Made by a program: the position numbers and the translations under genes. From the human T2T-CHM13v2.0 reference genome, Homo sapiens: 64,000 nucleotides of DNA. Positions within the stretch are counted from its first letter, which is position 1, and each line of letters opens with the position of its first letter. Of the stretch, positions 1 to 15,976 are shown one piece after another. Below the pieces are notes generated by a model. It saw only the letters and a program-made list of their open reading frames with translations. It made no database searches and was not told where the DNA came from. The stretch lies in assembly GCF_009914755.1 (NCBI RefSeq), contig NC_060925.1; one strand, given 5' to 3'.

Positions 1-138
1 TAAGCCACCCAGTCTGTGATACGTTATTATGGCAGCAGTAGGAGTCGAATTCAAGGCACAAAGCTAGAAGTGTGGATTTAGTGTTTTGGAGAGAGGAGTG
101 ACCCAGTGAGGCAGATTGGAGGCCACTGGTGTGATTGA

Positions 139-517
<379 letters not shown>

Positions 518-1667
518 CTGAGGAGACTTTTGATGTGATCATTATGGGAGTCTCTGCGAGGAGGTTGAAAGTAGACTCCCGATTGCCAGAGACCCAGAAG
601 CAACAGAGCAGCAGTAAATAGAGGCAGATGATATAGACAATCTTTTCACCCCATGTGCTGAAGAGGAAGAGAGGAGGTGGGAGCTTGAAAGGGGAGGAAG
701 GGTAAAAGTTAGGGATGCTTTTCTTTTCTCATGAAAGAGACCATAATCTAAGGTTGTAGAGGAGAAGTGGTGATTGATGTTGCAAGTTCCTAAGTACAAG
801 ATGGGATAGAGATGCCCCCCAGCCCCACCAACACACATCACCATTGTTGGGCACACGCCTAAGCTGATGCATCGCCTCTCTTTGCAGATACCTAATTACT
901 GCTTTTCTTAATTCGAGAGCACATACGATTTTCATTTGCCTTTGGTTTAGCTTTGCATCATTTCATTTTCTGCTAGGGACCTTTTGATCATTAAAATTAG
1001 AGCTCTATAAAGCTTTGTTGGTTCAAAGCTGGGCGTGTTTTGTTTGCAATTTGCAGTGGTTTGGTGATGAAATAATCCAGCTAGGCTTGAAGCAAGCATG
1101 TCTCATTAAGACAAATGGGAGAAGCTGATATTGCTGGCGGGTTTTTTCTCATAGCTGTTAACTCAAAAAGAAGGTAGGGCTTATATAGGTAATTATGTAT
1201 ACTATTAAGCAAATAGTCAGTCTAGGGATATATTGGAGGGATTTTCTGAAAGCTCAGGTCAGGGGAAAATGTTGAAATATCTTAGGAAACAGAATGATTC
1301 TGCTGGTAGTGACTGCCCTCAGCTCTCCCACTATGATAGGATCTGGCTAAGAAAATTCCAGTAATTTTTCAGAAAATTAGCAATTTATATTTTGAGAGTT
1401 TTTTTCTCCACATTTTTGTGTAATTGGCACTATGCTGTACATATAATTTGTTGCTTGCAAAGCACTGTCTTTCAAAAAAATCTAACCAGTAAATCTATAC
1501 AGTATTTACATGTGTAAATTCCACATTTGTTCCATACTTCACACTGTTGATTTAAAGGTAAAAGCTTTCAACAAATGTCTGCACTTAACAACAGAGCATA
1601 TATCTTCATCTCTTTTGTGTTCTGAATGAGCACCTATAACACTTTCTCAAAAGGAATCTTCCTTGGA

Positions 1668-1758
1668 GGCGGGGCGTGGTGGCTCACACCTGTAATCCCA
1701 GCACTTTTGGAGCCAGGGCGGGCCGGATTACTTGAGCCCAGAAGCTTGAGACCAGCCT
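1668..1758 (+). mobile_element. Alu left-arm/FLAM fragment
   Basis: ggcggggcgtggtggctcacacctgtaatcccagcac...gagaccagcct, then ends. Confidence 0.85.
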
Positions 1759-1827
1759 TCCTTCCTCCCCGGAGACTTCACCATCTTCTCACCTGGTTAA
1801 GGTGCTTAGAGATGCTGGTCTGGAGAA

Positions 1828-1851
1828 GGGGCGGGGGGCCGGGGGGCGGGG
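1828..1851 (+). other. G-quadruplex-capable motif
   Basis: G4-C-G6-CC-G6-C-G4. Confidence 0.75.
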
Positions 1852-4244
1852 TGTTCAGTAACAATCAGGTAGCAATTAGAAGGTGGGAGATAGCGCCTCA
1901 CATTTTTTACTGTAGAGTGATAAAAAAAAAACCTGCCATATCTACTGCTTATTGAACATTCTCTAGTTTTGGTCCTGACTAGTACATTTTCTGCAGAAAT
2001 TTTTTTTTGAATTTCACATGTCTAGCAGAACGAGAAATCTGGCATACATTACAACCAACCAAAACATTGCTCTGGACAGGCCTAAAACAAGGACCTGAAC
2101 GTCAGTAGAGAATGGAATCAGCGATTCCATAAATGACACCAGTTTCATGCAGTCACACAGTAGGGAGGGAACAGAGATCATTTCCGCATTTCCCTCTAAA
2201 TGGGCAAACTAAAGCCCACAGTTTTGTTAAGAGGGGGCTGTGTATAACTCAGATGCCTTACTAGGATACAGAAATGGACTTTAAAATCTCGGGGTTAATA
2301 ATGATGATGCCATTGCCATCTAACGTGAATAATGGGGCAGACTAAAATCTGACCCAAACAGAATCTGATAAATAAATCAAGGAGAAGGACTTGCAAATCT
2401 TTGCATAAGAGAGGAGATGAGTAATGACACCCTCTTTTGCTTGTTGTTCATACCACCAGGAGTCGAGAACTCTGCATAACTTAGCAGTACAGCTTCCAAG
2501 AAGGGCCCTGATATTGTGGATAAATGGAGTCTATTTTTAAGGTTAGATAAATCCAGCCTATTTTTGTGGGCAGGGAAAAATTATTGCTGAAGTGTTTTTG
2601 ATAAGATTCTTCTGTGCCATAAACTGAAATACTGAGAGTATAACAGTTTTTCATAAGAGGAAAGGAAGAAAAACTACTGTAAGTTATGGGAGACTAAGGC
2701 CATGTATTTATTTGGGGATTGCATTAATAAGTTTTCAAGCATTCACTTTTATTTAGCTACATGATCGGCTTTGTGGTTGTCCCAGTTCATGAAGAATGCC
2801 ATAAATATTGGATTGACCACGGTTGATAATTTTTACTGCATGATAATACTATGAATGTATTGGATGGAACCATGATTCCAATATATGTGTATTCTTTCAT
2901 TCAGCAAAGATATATATACTCACTACCTCCTGTGTGTCAGGTGTCTGTAGGGTGCTGTAGACTTATACTTAAAGCGTTCTTCTTCATTTGTGTTTTAAAA
3001 TGGTTTCCACATAGTTATTAATAAGACTCCTAAATGGGAAGGTGCTGAGGCTAGAATCTGATGGCCAACCAGGTAAGATTTCCTTCAAAGTCTGTGTCAA
3101 ATCAGTTCTACATTTCTCTACATCCAGTCTACATTTTTCTATTTTATTCATAGGGATATTAACAAGGAAGATTAAATGCTGGCTGAAAGCTCTCATATTT
3201 GTATCCACAGAAATACAAATTATATATAAAATTATATGATTACTACCATTATCATGATTATGTTCTTAGCCTTTCCGAATTCCTGTTATACGCAAAGCAT
3301 TCTACTTAACTCCATGGGTATAATGGGATATATAATCCTTGCCCACAAGAAACTATTACCAACACTAATTTATTAGCCTTTCATAGACTGTTTTTTTCCC
3401 CTGCTAAATCTTTCTTAAGTAACTTTAAAGGAAACTTAAAAATTGAAGTGTAATATATTAACATACAGATAGTAAAGTACATAAATCTTAAGTGTACAGC
3501 TTGATGAATATTTGCAGTGTGAACGCAGTTGTGTAACTACCACTCACATTAATGCATTGAATGTTACCATTACCTGCAAGCCTCTCTAGCACCCCCTCCC
3601 AAGAGTTACCTGCCTTTCCAAAGGTTACTACTCTATGGACTTCTAGAAAAATAAATTAATTCGGCTTGTTTTTCCACTTTGTGCAAATGGAATGACAATG
3701 CAATATGCACTCTTTTGTGTCTAGTTTCTTTTGCTTCATTTATATCAGAGATGCATCCATGTTGTAGCTCCTGGTGGCTTAGTGCTGTATGCTACAATTC
3801 ATCTATCCATTCTGTTGATAGACAATGGGTTGTTTCTGGTTTCACTAATAAAAACAAAGCTGGTACTAATATTCTCAAATATGAAAGATTTAAATATTTA
3901 AGTGAACACCTGAAATAAGGGTATGTATACATTTCTGCTGGATATATACCTATGAGTAGAATTGCTGATTGGGTTATATATATGCTCAGCCTTCTAAACA
4001 CTTTTCCAAAGTAGTTGACTCAGTTAACATTTCCACTAGCAGTACTTAGTAAATGTTGGTTTCAAAAAAGTAGGAATCATTATGGTGGATGTATAGAGGG
4101 TTTCATTGTGACTTTAATTTTGCATTTCACTGACAACTCATGATGGGGAACACCTGCTTTGTATCTTTAATGTCCATTTGGATATACTGTATTCTTTTGT
4201 GAAATACCTATTCAGGCTTTAGCCTGTTTTAAAAATACAGTTGT

Positions 4245-4245
<1 letters not shown>

Positions 4246-4294
<49 letters not shown>

Positions 4295-4317
4295 ATCTAT
4301 CTATCTATCCATCTATC

Positions 4318-4350
<33 letters not shown>

Positions 4351-4352
4351 AT
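4246..4352. repeat. Compound (TCTA)n tetranucleotide STR in Alu tail position
   Basis: Long TCTA runs with TCA/TCCA interruptions directly abutting the 3' end of a minus-strand Alu. Confidence 0.95.
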
Positions 4353-4359
4353 CATCTCT

Positions 4360-4622
4360 CTAGACAGAGTCTCATTCTGTTGCCCAGGCTGGAGTGCAGT
4401 GGCACAGTCATAGCTTGCTGCAGCCTTAAACTACTGGGCTCAAGGGCTCTTTCTGCCTCAGCCTCCCAAGTAGCTAAGACTACAAGTGTACAACCACGCC
4501 AGCTAATTTAATTTTTTGTAGAGATGAGGTCTTACCATGTTGCCAAGGCTAGTCTCAATCTCCTGGCTTCAAGTGCTCCTTCCAAAGTGGTAGGATTACA
4601 AATGTGAGCCATGGTGCCTGAC
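4360..4622 (-). mobile_element. AluJ
   Basis: agacagagtctcattctgttgcccaggctggagtgcagtgg...gtgagccatggtgcctg; J-type gggctcaag. Confidence 0.9.
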
Positions 4623-6002
4623 CAGAATTGTCTTTTTTAAACATTAACTTTTGGGGAGTATTTTATATGATGTGAATAGGAATCTTTTGTTAGATACGTC
4701 TATTGCAAATATCTTTTCCAACACTCTTGCTTTTCCCCCCTCTGTTACTGATGTTGTTAGTGTCGAAGAGCAGTTTTTCACTTTAATGAAGTCCAGATTA
4801 TCAGTTTTTTTAAATCATGGTTTGTGGTTTTTTTTTTGTATCTTCTTTGCCTACCCAAAGGCTGTTCTCCCATGTTATCTTCTACAGCCTTTACTATTTT
4901 AAGGCTGATATTTAGGTCTGTGCTCTTAGAATTGATATTTTGTTTATAGTTTGAGGTAGAGATCAGTCCCTCCACCTATGGATGTCCAATTGATCCAGGA
5001 CTAGTTATTTAAAAGGCTACCTTTTCATCACTGCATTGCAGTGGTACCTGGGTAGTAAGTCAGGTGGCTGTAAGCAGGGATATCTATTACTTGACTCTCT
5101 TTTATTTCATTGGTCTATTTGTCTTTTCTTGTTCCAAATTTATAACTTTTAAATTAACTCCAGATTTCTGCTGTTTTGTTATATGTTGGTGTTCATCTTC
5201 TAACTTTGCTCTAAGTCTTCAAAATTATCTTTGCTATTCTTGGCTCCTTTCATTTCAGTTTAAATTTTAGAATTAGCTTATAAATCTCCACAAGATGAGC
5301 TGCTGGAATTTTTAATGAAATAGCATCAAATCTGTAGACCCATTTGAGAAGAATTAACATCTTTTCGATATTAAGACTCCCAATCTATGAACATGGTATA
5401 TCTTTCTTTTATATATTTAGATATTTTAAAATTTCTCTCAGTATTTGCACTTAGTTTTCCATGAAAGACTTTGCACATTTTGGGGGTCAGATTTATTTCT
5501 AGGTATTTGATGTTTATTGATGTCAATGCAAATGTATCTTTAAAAAATTGTTTCTTAGACTGTAAAAATATAATTGACTTTACATTTGACCTTGTATCTA
5601 GTAACCTTGCCAAGTTCACTTATTAATTCTAATAGTTTATAGATTCTTTTGGATTTTCTATATGCCCAGTCATGTCATCTGTACATACTGACCATTTTAT
5701 TTTTTGCTTCTCAGTTTTCATTTCTTGTTATTGCCTCATTGTACTTCCCAGGATCTTTGTAAATGCTGACTAGAAGACATGATAGCAGATCTTTGATCCT
5801 TTCCCTCAGTTTCAGGGAAAACTTAAGAGAATTTCATCAAGGATTTTATGATGCTTGCTGTGGTTTACTAAGCTGTTTTGTTTTGTTTTTGTTGTGTTTG
5901 GCAGCTGAATTCTGCCTTGTATTGGGAGTCTTACACTGTGCATATGCAGCTTAAAAATATCAGTTTAGAATTATGATTTTACTGTTTTTTTTTTTCTGTT
6001 AG

Positions 6003-6350
6003 TGCAATGGACTGTTTGTGCCTACCCCCAAAATTCTTATGTTGAAATCTTAACCCCCAATGTGATAGTAGTGGGAGATGGTAGATGATTAGGTCATGAG
6101 GGTAAAGCCTTCATGAGTGCAATTAATGCCTTTATAAGAGAGATGAGAGAGCTCTCTTGCTCTACCATGTGAGGACACAATGAGAAAACAGCAGGCAGTC
6201 TGCAACCCAGAAGAGGGCCTTCACCAGAACCTGGCCATGCTGGCTCTCTAATCTCACACTTCCCAGCCTCCAGAATGGTGAGAAGTAAATTCCTGTTGTT
6301 TATAAGCCACCAGGTCTGTGGGACTTTGTTGTAGCAGTTTGAACTATGAT
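6003..6350 (+). mobile_element. MaLR solo LTR (MST/MLT1A-like)
   Basis: ccccaaaattcttatgttgaaatcttaacccccaatgtgatag ... cccagcctccagaatggtgagaagtaaattcctgttgtttataagccacc. Confidence 0.85.
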
Positions 6351-7950
6351 ATTTATTTTATTTATTTTTTCATTTTTTGCCTTTCTTTAGATTAATATTT
6401 ATTAACAAGCTTCTATTAGCTTGTGAGTTATTCATTCTTTTATTACTCCTTCAGTGTTTACACTAGAGATTATAATATCGTTAATTTATTAGTATCTACC
6501 TTAAATGAATACTTTTATATTTTTCTGGAAATGCGAGTCTGTTTATATAATACTTTAAATTTATTTATCCTCTCTTTTTGTGCTCTTCTGGCTATGTATT
6601 TTAATTCTACACACACACACACATACACACTCTCTCTCTCTCTCTTCAACTCCTTAAGACATTATTATTATTCTTTAACAGTCAGAATTCATGTAGATTT
6701 ACTTATATGTTGCACTGTCTAGTGCCTTTCCGTTGTCCTGCTTGCCATGCTGTCATCTGGGATCATTTTGCTGCTGTCTGAAGAAGTACCTTAAGATTTA
6801 TTTTATGATGGGTTTACTGACAAGATATTCTCTCAGTTTTTGTTTAAAAACATCTGTGTTTCTCCTTGTTTGCGTATGGAATTGGCAGTTGTTGGTGATC
6901 CACCCCCGACCCCACCCCCAGCAATTCTGGCTTCCATTATTTCTCTTTGGAAGGTCAGCTGTAAGTCTCACTGTTTTCCTTTAAAGGTGATATTTTCATT
7001 CTATTTATCCTGCTTGAGGTTTGTGGAGTATCTTGAATCTGAGGCTTGGTATTTTTCATTCATTTTGGAAAATTCTTGGCCAGTATTTCTTCAAACATTG
7101 CTTCTGCCTCATTCTCTCTCTCCCTTCTTTTTGGGATTCCGATGATAGATATTTTGCTCCTTTTTCTCATGTCTCTTTTACATTCTTTTCTGTATTTTCA
7201 TTCCTTTTATTTTTTCTTTGTACTTAATTCGGAGTATTTCCCACTGACCTTTCTACCAGTTCATAAATCTCTTTTTGCTTTGTCCAGTCAGCTGGTAAGT
7301 CCATCTACTGAATTCTTAAATTTTGAGCTGTTTTATTTTTTAGTAATTGGATTTACATTTGGTTCTTTTTCCAGATTCAAATTCTGTTGTAACGTTCTTC
7401 CTCTTCATCTATTTTCAAATATATTTATTATTGTAATAAATAAGCATAATACATGTATCACATTTACATTTGTTTCTCTTTCCTTTTCTTCCTCTTGGTT
7501 TTCAGATATTTGGTCTTATTTTCTGGCAAAAATGGTATTTTTAAATGTATTGGACATAATGTAAGAAAAGATATAGAGGTTCTAGATGATGTTATCTTCT
7601 TCCACAAAACATTAATTTTATTCTGGTAGGTAGGTAGCATACAGGCACATCATTGTCATCTCATTGAGGCTTATTTGTCTCCATATTGCCCTTCCTAGTA
7701 GGTATAACTCTTCTGAGGTCTCATGTGAATACCTGCAGTTTTTTGTTTTTACTAGAACCTGTCTTTATTTATTTTTTTTTTTTTTTACTAGATCCTGTCT
7801 TGATTGTGAAATCTCAATTCAGTATATTGCATGCAAGCCCATCACATCCTATGATTTGGTTGCTCTTCAGCGACTTCAAATAATCTTCTACTTAAACTAG
7901 TTTTTATAGTTATTCTCAGTGAAAGTTTAGTTCAGTACCAGCGTCTCTAT
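6350..7950 (-). mobile_element. Highly degenerate old L1M remnant
   Basis: T-rich text typical of antisense old L1 (ttttggaaaattcttggccagtatttcttcaaacattgcttctgcctcattctctc). Confidence 0.6.
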
Positions 7951-8203
7951 CATAACCTGGAACTGAAGTCCCCCATGAGAAACTAACTTTTGGTGGCACG
8001 TAACATCGTATTGTGTGTTCTGTTTTAACTTGTTCTTAAGAAACTTTTTAGGTTGAAATAATGATAGAGTCACAGAAAGCTGATACTCTCCAGTCATTTT
8101 TCTCATTGGTTATATTTTACATAATATAGTACAATATTAAAAGCAGAAAGTTAGCGTTGGTATAAAGCGTGTATATAGTTTTATGCTATTTTATCACCCA
8201 TAG

Positions 8204-8580
<377 letters not shown>

Positions 8581-8690
8581 TGCTATCCTTTTATAGTCAC
8601 ACACTTCCTCCTTAGTGCCACCATCCCTAGCCCACGGGAGCCACTGTTTTGTTCTCCATCTCTGTAATTTTGTCATTTTGACAATGTAAT

Positions 8691-9076
8691 TGTATTAGTC
8701 CGTTCTTGCACTGCTGTAAAGAAATACCTGAGACTGGGTAATTTGTAAAGAAAAGAGGTTTAATTGGCTCATGGTTCCACAGGCTATACAGGAAACATGA
8801 CAGTTTCTGGGGAGGTCTCAGGAAACTTTCAATCATGGTGGAAGGTGAAGGGAAGCAGGCACGTCTTACATGGCTGGAGCAGGAGGAAGTGTGGGGAAGG
8901 TGCTGCACACTTTTAAACAACCAGATTTCAAGAGCACTCGCTCACTATCACCAGAGTAGCACCGAGGGGGAAATCCCCACCCATGCTCCAGTCACCCCCA
9001 ACCAGACCCCACCTCCAACATTGGGGATTACAATTTGACATGAGATTTGGGTGGGGGCACAGATCCAACCATATCA
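8691..9076 (-). mobile_element. MST (MSTA/B) MaLR solo LTR
   Basis: tgtattagtcc...ccatatca termini; 5-bp TSD gtaat at 8686-8690 and 9077-9081. Confidence 0.92.
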
Positions 9077-9569
9077 GTAATATAAATTGAATGATGCAAT
9101 AGGTGACCTTTGAGATTGGCATTTTTCATTCAGCGAAATGCTCTTTTCATGCTATGGACATACCACATTTTGTTTGGCCATTTACAAAATGTCTTGCAAA
9201 ATGCCTTTTCTCATGTCTCTTTACATTCTTTTGTAAGACATCTTGGTCGTTTTCAGTTTTTGGCTATTACAATGAAAATGGCTATGAATAATCTTATACA
9301 GGCATTTATGCAGAAATCAGTTTTGTTTCTTTGGGATAAATGCCCAGGAATATGTTTTGTTGGTTGTAAGTTATGTTTGGTTGGTTGTAAGCTATGTTTA
9401 GTTTTTAAAGAATTGCAGTATTTTCCAGGGTGGCTGCAGTTTTAGATTCCCATCAGCAATGTTTGGGAGATCCAGTTTCTCCACACCCTCGTCAGCATTT
9501 GGTATTGTAACTGTTTTTAAATTTTAGCTGTTCTGCTAGGTGTGTAGTGATATCTAATCATTGTATTAA

Positions 9570-9931
<362 letters not shown>

Positions 9932-11265
9932 ATCTGTGTCTTTTAAAAGTTGAATGTCTTTTCATGTCGTTTGCCTATCTTCTAAATGGACTTTATAAAA
10001 AATGCTGAATTTCGAAAATTCTTTATCAATTTTAGATATGGGTCTTTTGTCAGATATATGGTTTGCAAATGTTTTCTCCTGGTTTGTAGCTCATCATTTT
10101 CTCCCTCTCAACAGTCTTTCAAAAAAACAGAAGTTTTTAATTTTGATGAAGTAAAATTTATTGGTATTTTTCTTTTATGGATTGTGCTTTTTTTGCCCCA
10201 TGCCTAAGAACTCTTTGCCAAGCTCTTGGTCTTGAATATTTTCTCTTATGTTTTCTTCTAAATGTTTTATAGTTTTATGTTTCTCATCGATGATCTAATT
10301 TTGAGTTAATTTTTGAATAAGGTATGAGACTCAGGTAGAGATTCTATTTTTTTCCTGTCTCCAATTATTCCAGCAGCATTTGTTGAAAAGATTACCATTC
10401 CTCCATTGAATTGCTTTTGTACAAAATTATTTGTTCATACTTGTGCAGGGCTATTTCTGTGTTCTGTATTCCGCTTCATTCGTCTATGTGTCTAGCTGTC
10501 CACCAATACCATACAGTGTTGATTACTGTAGCTATATATGTCAGGTAGCGTGTTTTCTCTCATTTAATTCCTCTTTTTCAAAATTGTTTTACCATTTCCT
10601 TTGTCTTTCTATATAAATGTTAAAATATTCTTGTCTATATCTACAAAAAATTTCACCGGGGTTTCGATAAGAATTGTAGCAAAATTTGTGTATCAATTTG
10701 GGTTGAATTGGCATCTTTATTATTTTGTCTTCCAATGCGTGAACACTGTAGCAGGTGTTTTTGATTTGGCTTACTGTAACATTGTGGAAGAGTTCTTCCT
10801 GACTAAACTCTTTTCTGTTAACATCCTGCGCTTTAATTATTGCTTCCTATTTCCTTTAGCTGAGTTTTTAAACCTGCAGACATGTCAATTTCACATCATT
10901 TCTCTTTGATGGTAGTGAACCTCCATTGCATTGTACTATACACAGTTTGTGGTATAATTAATCATGCCCTACACTTAAATCACTAGCAGATTCAACATTG
11001 CATACCTTGATTTATCCAGAACTTTGATTTTTTTTTTTTTTTTTTGCTAAGAACTGTACCTATTTTTAGACTCTTTCACTTTCTCATCATGTCAATCTCA
11101 GAATAGATAGCACTAGTACTTGGCTTTCTGGGGCCCATTTTCCTCAAAGAAACAAAACGTTTCGTTGTTTTTTAAAAAAACACTTCTTGAAAACAAGTAT
11201 ATACAGTATGGTGATTACAATAAAGTCACACTGACATGCAGAGACGAGGACATTGGTGGGGTTAT

Positions 11266-12223
11266 CAAAATACAGCCAGATTATCAGTAAACAACATATA
11301 AATGGGATACCTATAAATAGGCAAAATTTATGCCTCAGCAAAAATATTAGTTTAATAGCTAATGAAATGTTCTTATGTTCTTGGCGTGGCTCAAGAACAG
11401 TTGACATTGTTATGTTGCCCATGTGCTGTTGAAGCCTTTATTCTGATAACATTGGTAAATTGTCCCTTACCAACGTGGCCATTTGTGTAAATACATTCTT
11501 TACTTCAGTCTGTGGTTTCACATTTTCACTGGTGGATGAATATTCTCAATTCTTAGGGGCTTTTAAAAAACACTTCCCATGTGTTAATTTAGTCTCATCT
11601 ACCCTGTATTATTCTTCTCATTACATTTGCCCTGACTTTTGCAAAAATGGGTTGGTTATGAGAATTTCCTCAAAAAAGTCTTTACTGTGTTATGATTGAA
11701 GCAAATATGTAAATTAATTCTTCTTCACCATCATTTATTTTTACTTTGAGCTTTAAGTGGTTTTGCTGACTCCATTTTCTGGCTTTTGGTGTATAAAATG
11801 AACTTCCCTTTACTGTTTTTAGATCTCCCCGTACTGTGGCCTTTAACTGACATTTTTCTTCCAACCTGCTCCTAGGTAAGCCAGTTGAGAAAAAAATACA
11901 TGTAATGGTAACATTGCACTGGAGCAAAAATCTTCCTGTATCTCTTAATATTTGGCATAATTGCAGCAACTCTAGTAGAATTCCCTTTTTCAGAAAAGAA
12001 GTTATCAATGTAAGAAAAGTTCAATGATGGGTGGAGGAAAATAGCTCATTAGGACATTATGATCTCTTGAACTGTGAATTGTTTAAAAATGATATTAAAT
12101 TCTGCTCTTCATTGGTTGTTCTGGAAGAGTGCTGGTGAATGAATTTTCTAGTCCAGACCCTAGAAAAATCCATGCAGCTTATCCCATTTATATGTTGTTT
12201 ACTGATAAACTGGCTGTATTTTG
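11266..12223. repeat. 44-bp inverted repeat pair (11266-11309 and 12180-12223)
   Basis: 43/44 identity by direct comparison, in otherwise unique-looking sequence. Confidence 0.9.
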
Positions 12224-13026
12224 TGATAAGAGAAAGTGGGAAAGATTAATGGGAACCACTCAGAGGTTTAGCAATAGAACTTAAAGAGAGCAATTTTCAA
12301 AAGGTAATTTTGAAATATGTACTTAATATAGGAACATAAATGGACTTCTTTAGGTATTTAATTTTAATATTATTTATATCTAGTATAAGTAAATACATTT
12401 CAAAACAGGGCACAGCAAGTTGGACATTTATAGCTTATACAGTGAGTACAGAGAGGACTTTTGTACTGGACTTAATTATTAATGCCTGTCATCCAGATGA
12501 CTGAAAGTAGTTCATGAAAATCAGGAATGTTTATATAACATTTAACTTAAGAGAGAAATATTTCCCAAGGAAAATGCTTGATGATTTTTTATCAGTTAAT
12601 GCTATTGCCTTTCATAATTTTTTAAAACCTTAGTGAAGTACTGAATTATTAGGAGTGAGGAATTTCCTTCAATATTCTGGAAAAGTCCATTTTTAAAAAA
12701 TGGTGTCAGGCAAGAGTTTAGGCTTCTTAAATTATGCTTTATTTTCAAAGCTACTCCAGCTTATTTTTATTAGGCTATTTCTCAAGGAATAGATTTTATT
12801 TTATTGGTTTTCACGTTAATACTGTTTTTCCCTAACAATTGCATTTTATTAGAAAATTTTTCCTGAAAACTTAATGTTTGAAATGAAATGCACATAGAGT
12901 ATGGCATGATGTGACTAAATATTTTCCTTTATTCTCTTAAATTTTTAATTGTTTTCCATTGCTCATTATAAACTGGTCCAGTTAAGCTACTGGAGGCTGG
13001 TTTGACATACCTGTTGGTGTTTTAAC

Positions 13027-13192
13027 TTTTTTTTTTTTTTTTTTGGAGACACAATCTTACTGTGTTGCCCAGGTTGGAGTGCAGTGGCATGATCATGGCT
13101 CACTGCAGCCTTGACCTCCCAGGCTCAAGTGATCCTCCCACCTAGGCCTCTCAAAGTGCTGGGACTACAGGTGTGAGCCACCATGCCTGGAC
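13027..13192 (-). mobile_element. Alu monomer (FRAM/FLAM or internally deleted AluJ)
   Basis: Single arm with poly-T; TSD-like tgt(t/g)tttaactt on both sides. Confidence 0.85.
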
Positions 13193-13486
13193 TGTGTTTA
13201 ACTTTTTACCTTTCTATTTTTTATGATTTTTTCTTGCAGGCTGACTTGAAGCAAAATTGGCAGCAAGATCCTCCTGCCTCAGCCTCCTGAGCAGCTGGGC
13301 CTACAGGTGCATGTCCCTGGGCCCAGCTAATTTTTAAATAAGTATATCAAACCATCCTCCAACAGCTTAATTGGACCAGTTTTATGATAGGATGAATAAC
13401 AGAAAACAATTAAACATTTAGGAGAATAAAGGTCTTATACTCCTGGTTTCAAGCATTTCTTCTGCCTCAACCTCCCAAAGTGCTGG

Positions 13487-15275
<1,789 letters not shown>

Positions 15276-15679
15276 CTGGGATTATAGGCATGAACCACTG
15301 AACCCGGCCTGTGCAGCTTTTGAGATCAGTTGCAGTTTAGCAAACTCCACTTTCCACTGATCAGGGTCGGCTTCCAGGCATTGAGCGGATGGGCAGAGGA
15401 GATGAGAGACAGATGAAGAGAATACTCCCAGCAAAGGGGCAGAGACAAGGAGACATGAGCTGGTCTGGAGAGCAAGGGTTCATTAGAGATTTTTTCTTTA
15501 GTGCACCAACCAGCAAGGGGGAAGTGAATGCCAAAAGGAGCTGTGGGAGGTTTTCTAGAATGTCAGTTATAAAGCTACTTGTTGCACACATAAAATGGAT
15601 TTGGAAACTCGTATTTAATCTTAAAAAAAATCTTTTAGTGTTTGCCAGAGCATTTTAATCTGAAAATATTTAAAAATAC

Positions 15680-15976
<297 letters not shown>

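Larger units (their letters stand above)
3430..5880 (-). mobile_element. Old L1M (L1MC/ME-type) 3' region and ORF2 remnant, interrupted
   Basis: T-rich antisense L1 text; minus-strand ORFs give degenerate ORF2-like peptides (SAILLIGIYPAEM; NIKYLEINLT; LDTRSNVKSIIFL). Confidence 0.75.

Noticed and set aside
7046-7564. 172-aa hydrophobic ORF resembling a membrane protein
   Set aside because: Lies in T-rich antisense old L1; F/L/S richness is compositional
9351-9400. Short tandem duplications (21 bp here; also ~31080-31115, ~38013-38049, ~25281-25301)
   Set aside because: Ordinary replication-slippage products with no further structure
11823-11875. Exon-like unit (tttttag ... ctag|gtaag)
   Set aside because: 53 nt, no recognisable coding content or partner exons; such matches are frequent by chance
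10746-12180. Possible processed pseudogene (T20 at 11026-11045, AATAAA at ~11219, 108-aa minus-strand ORF)
   Set aside because: No recognisable protein similarity and no TSD or tail geometry found
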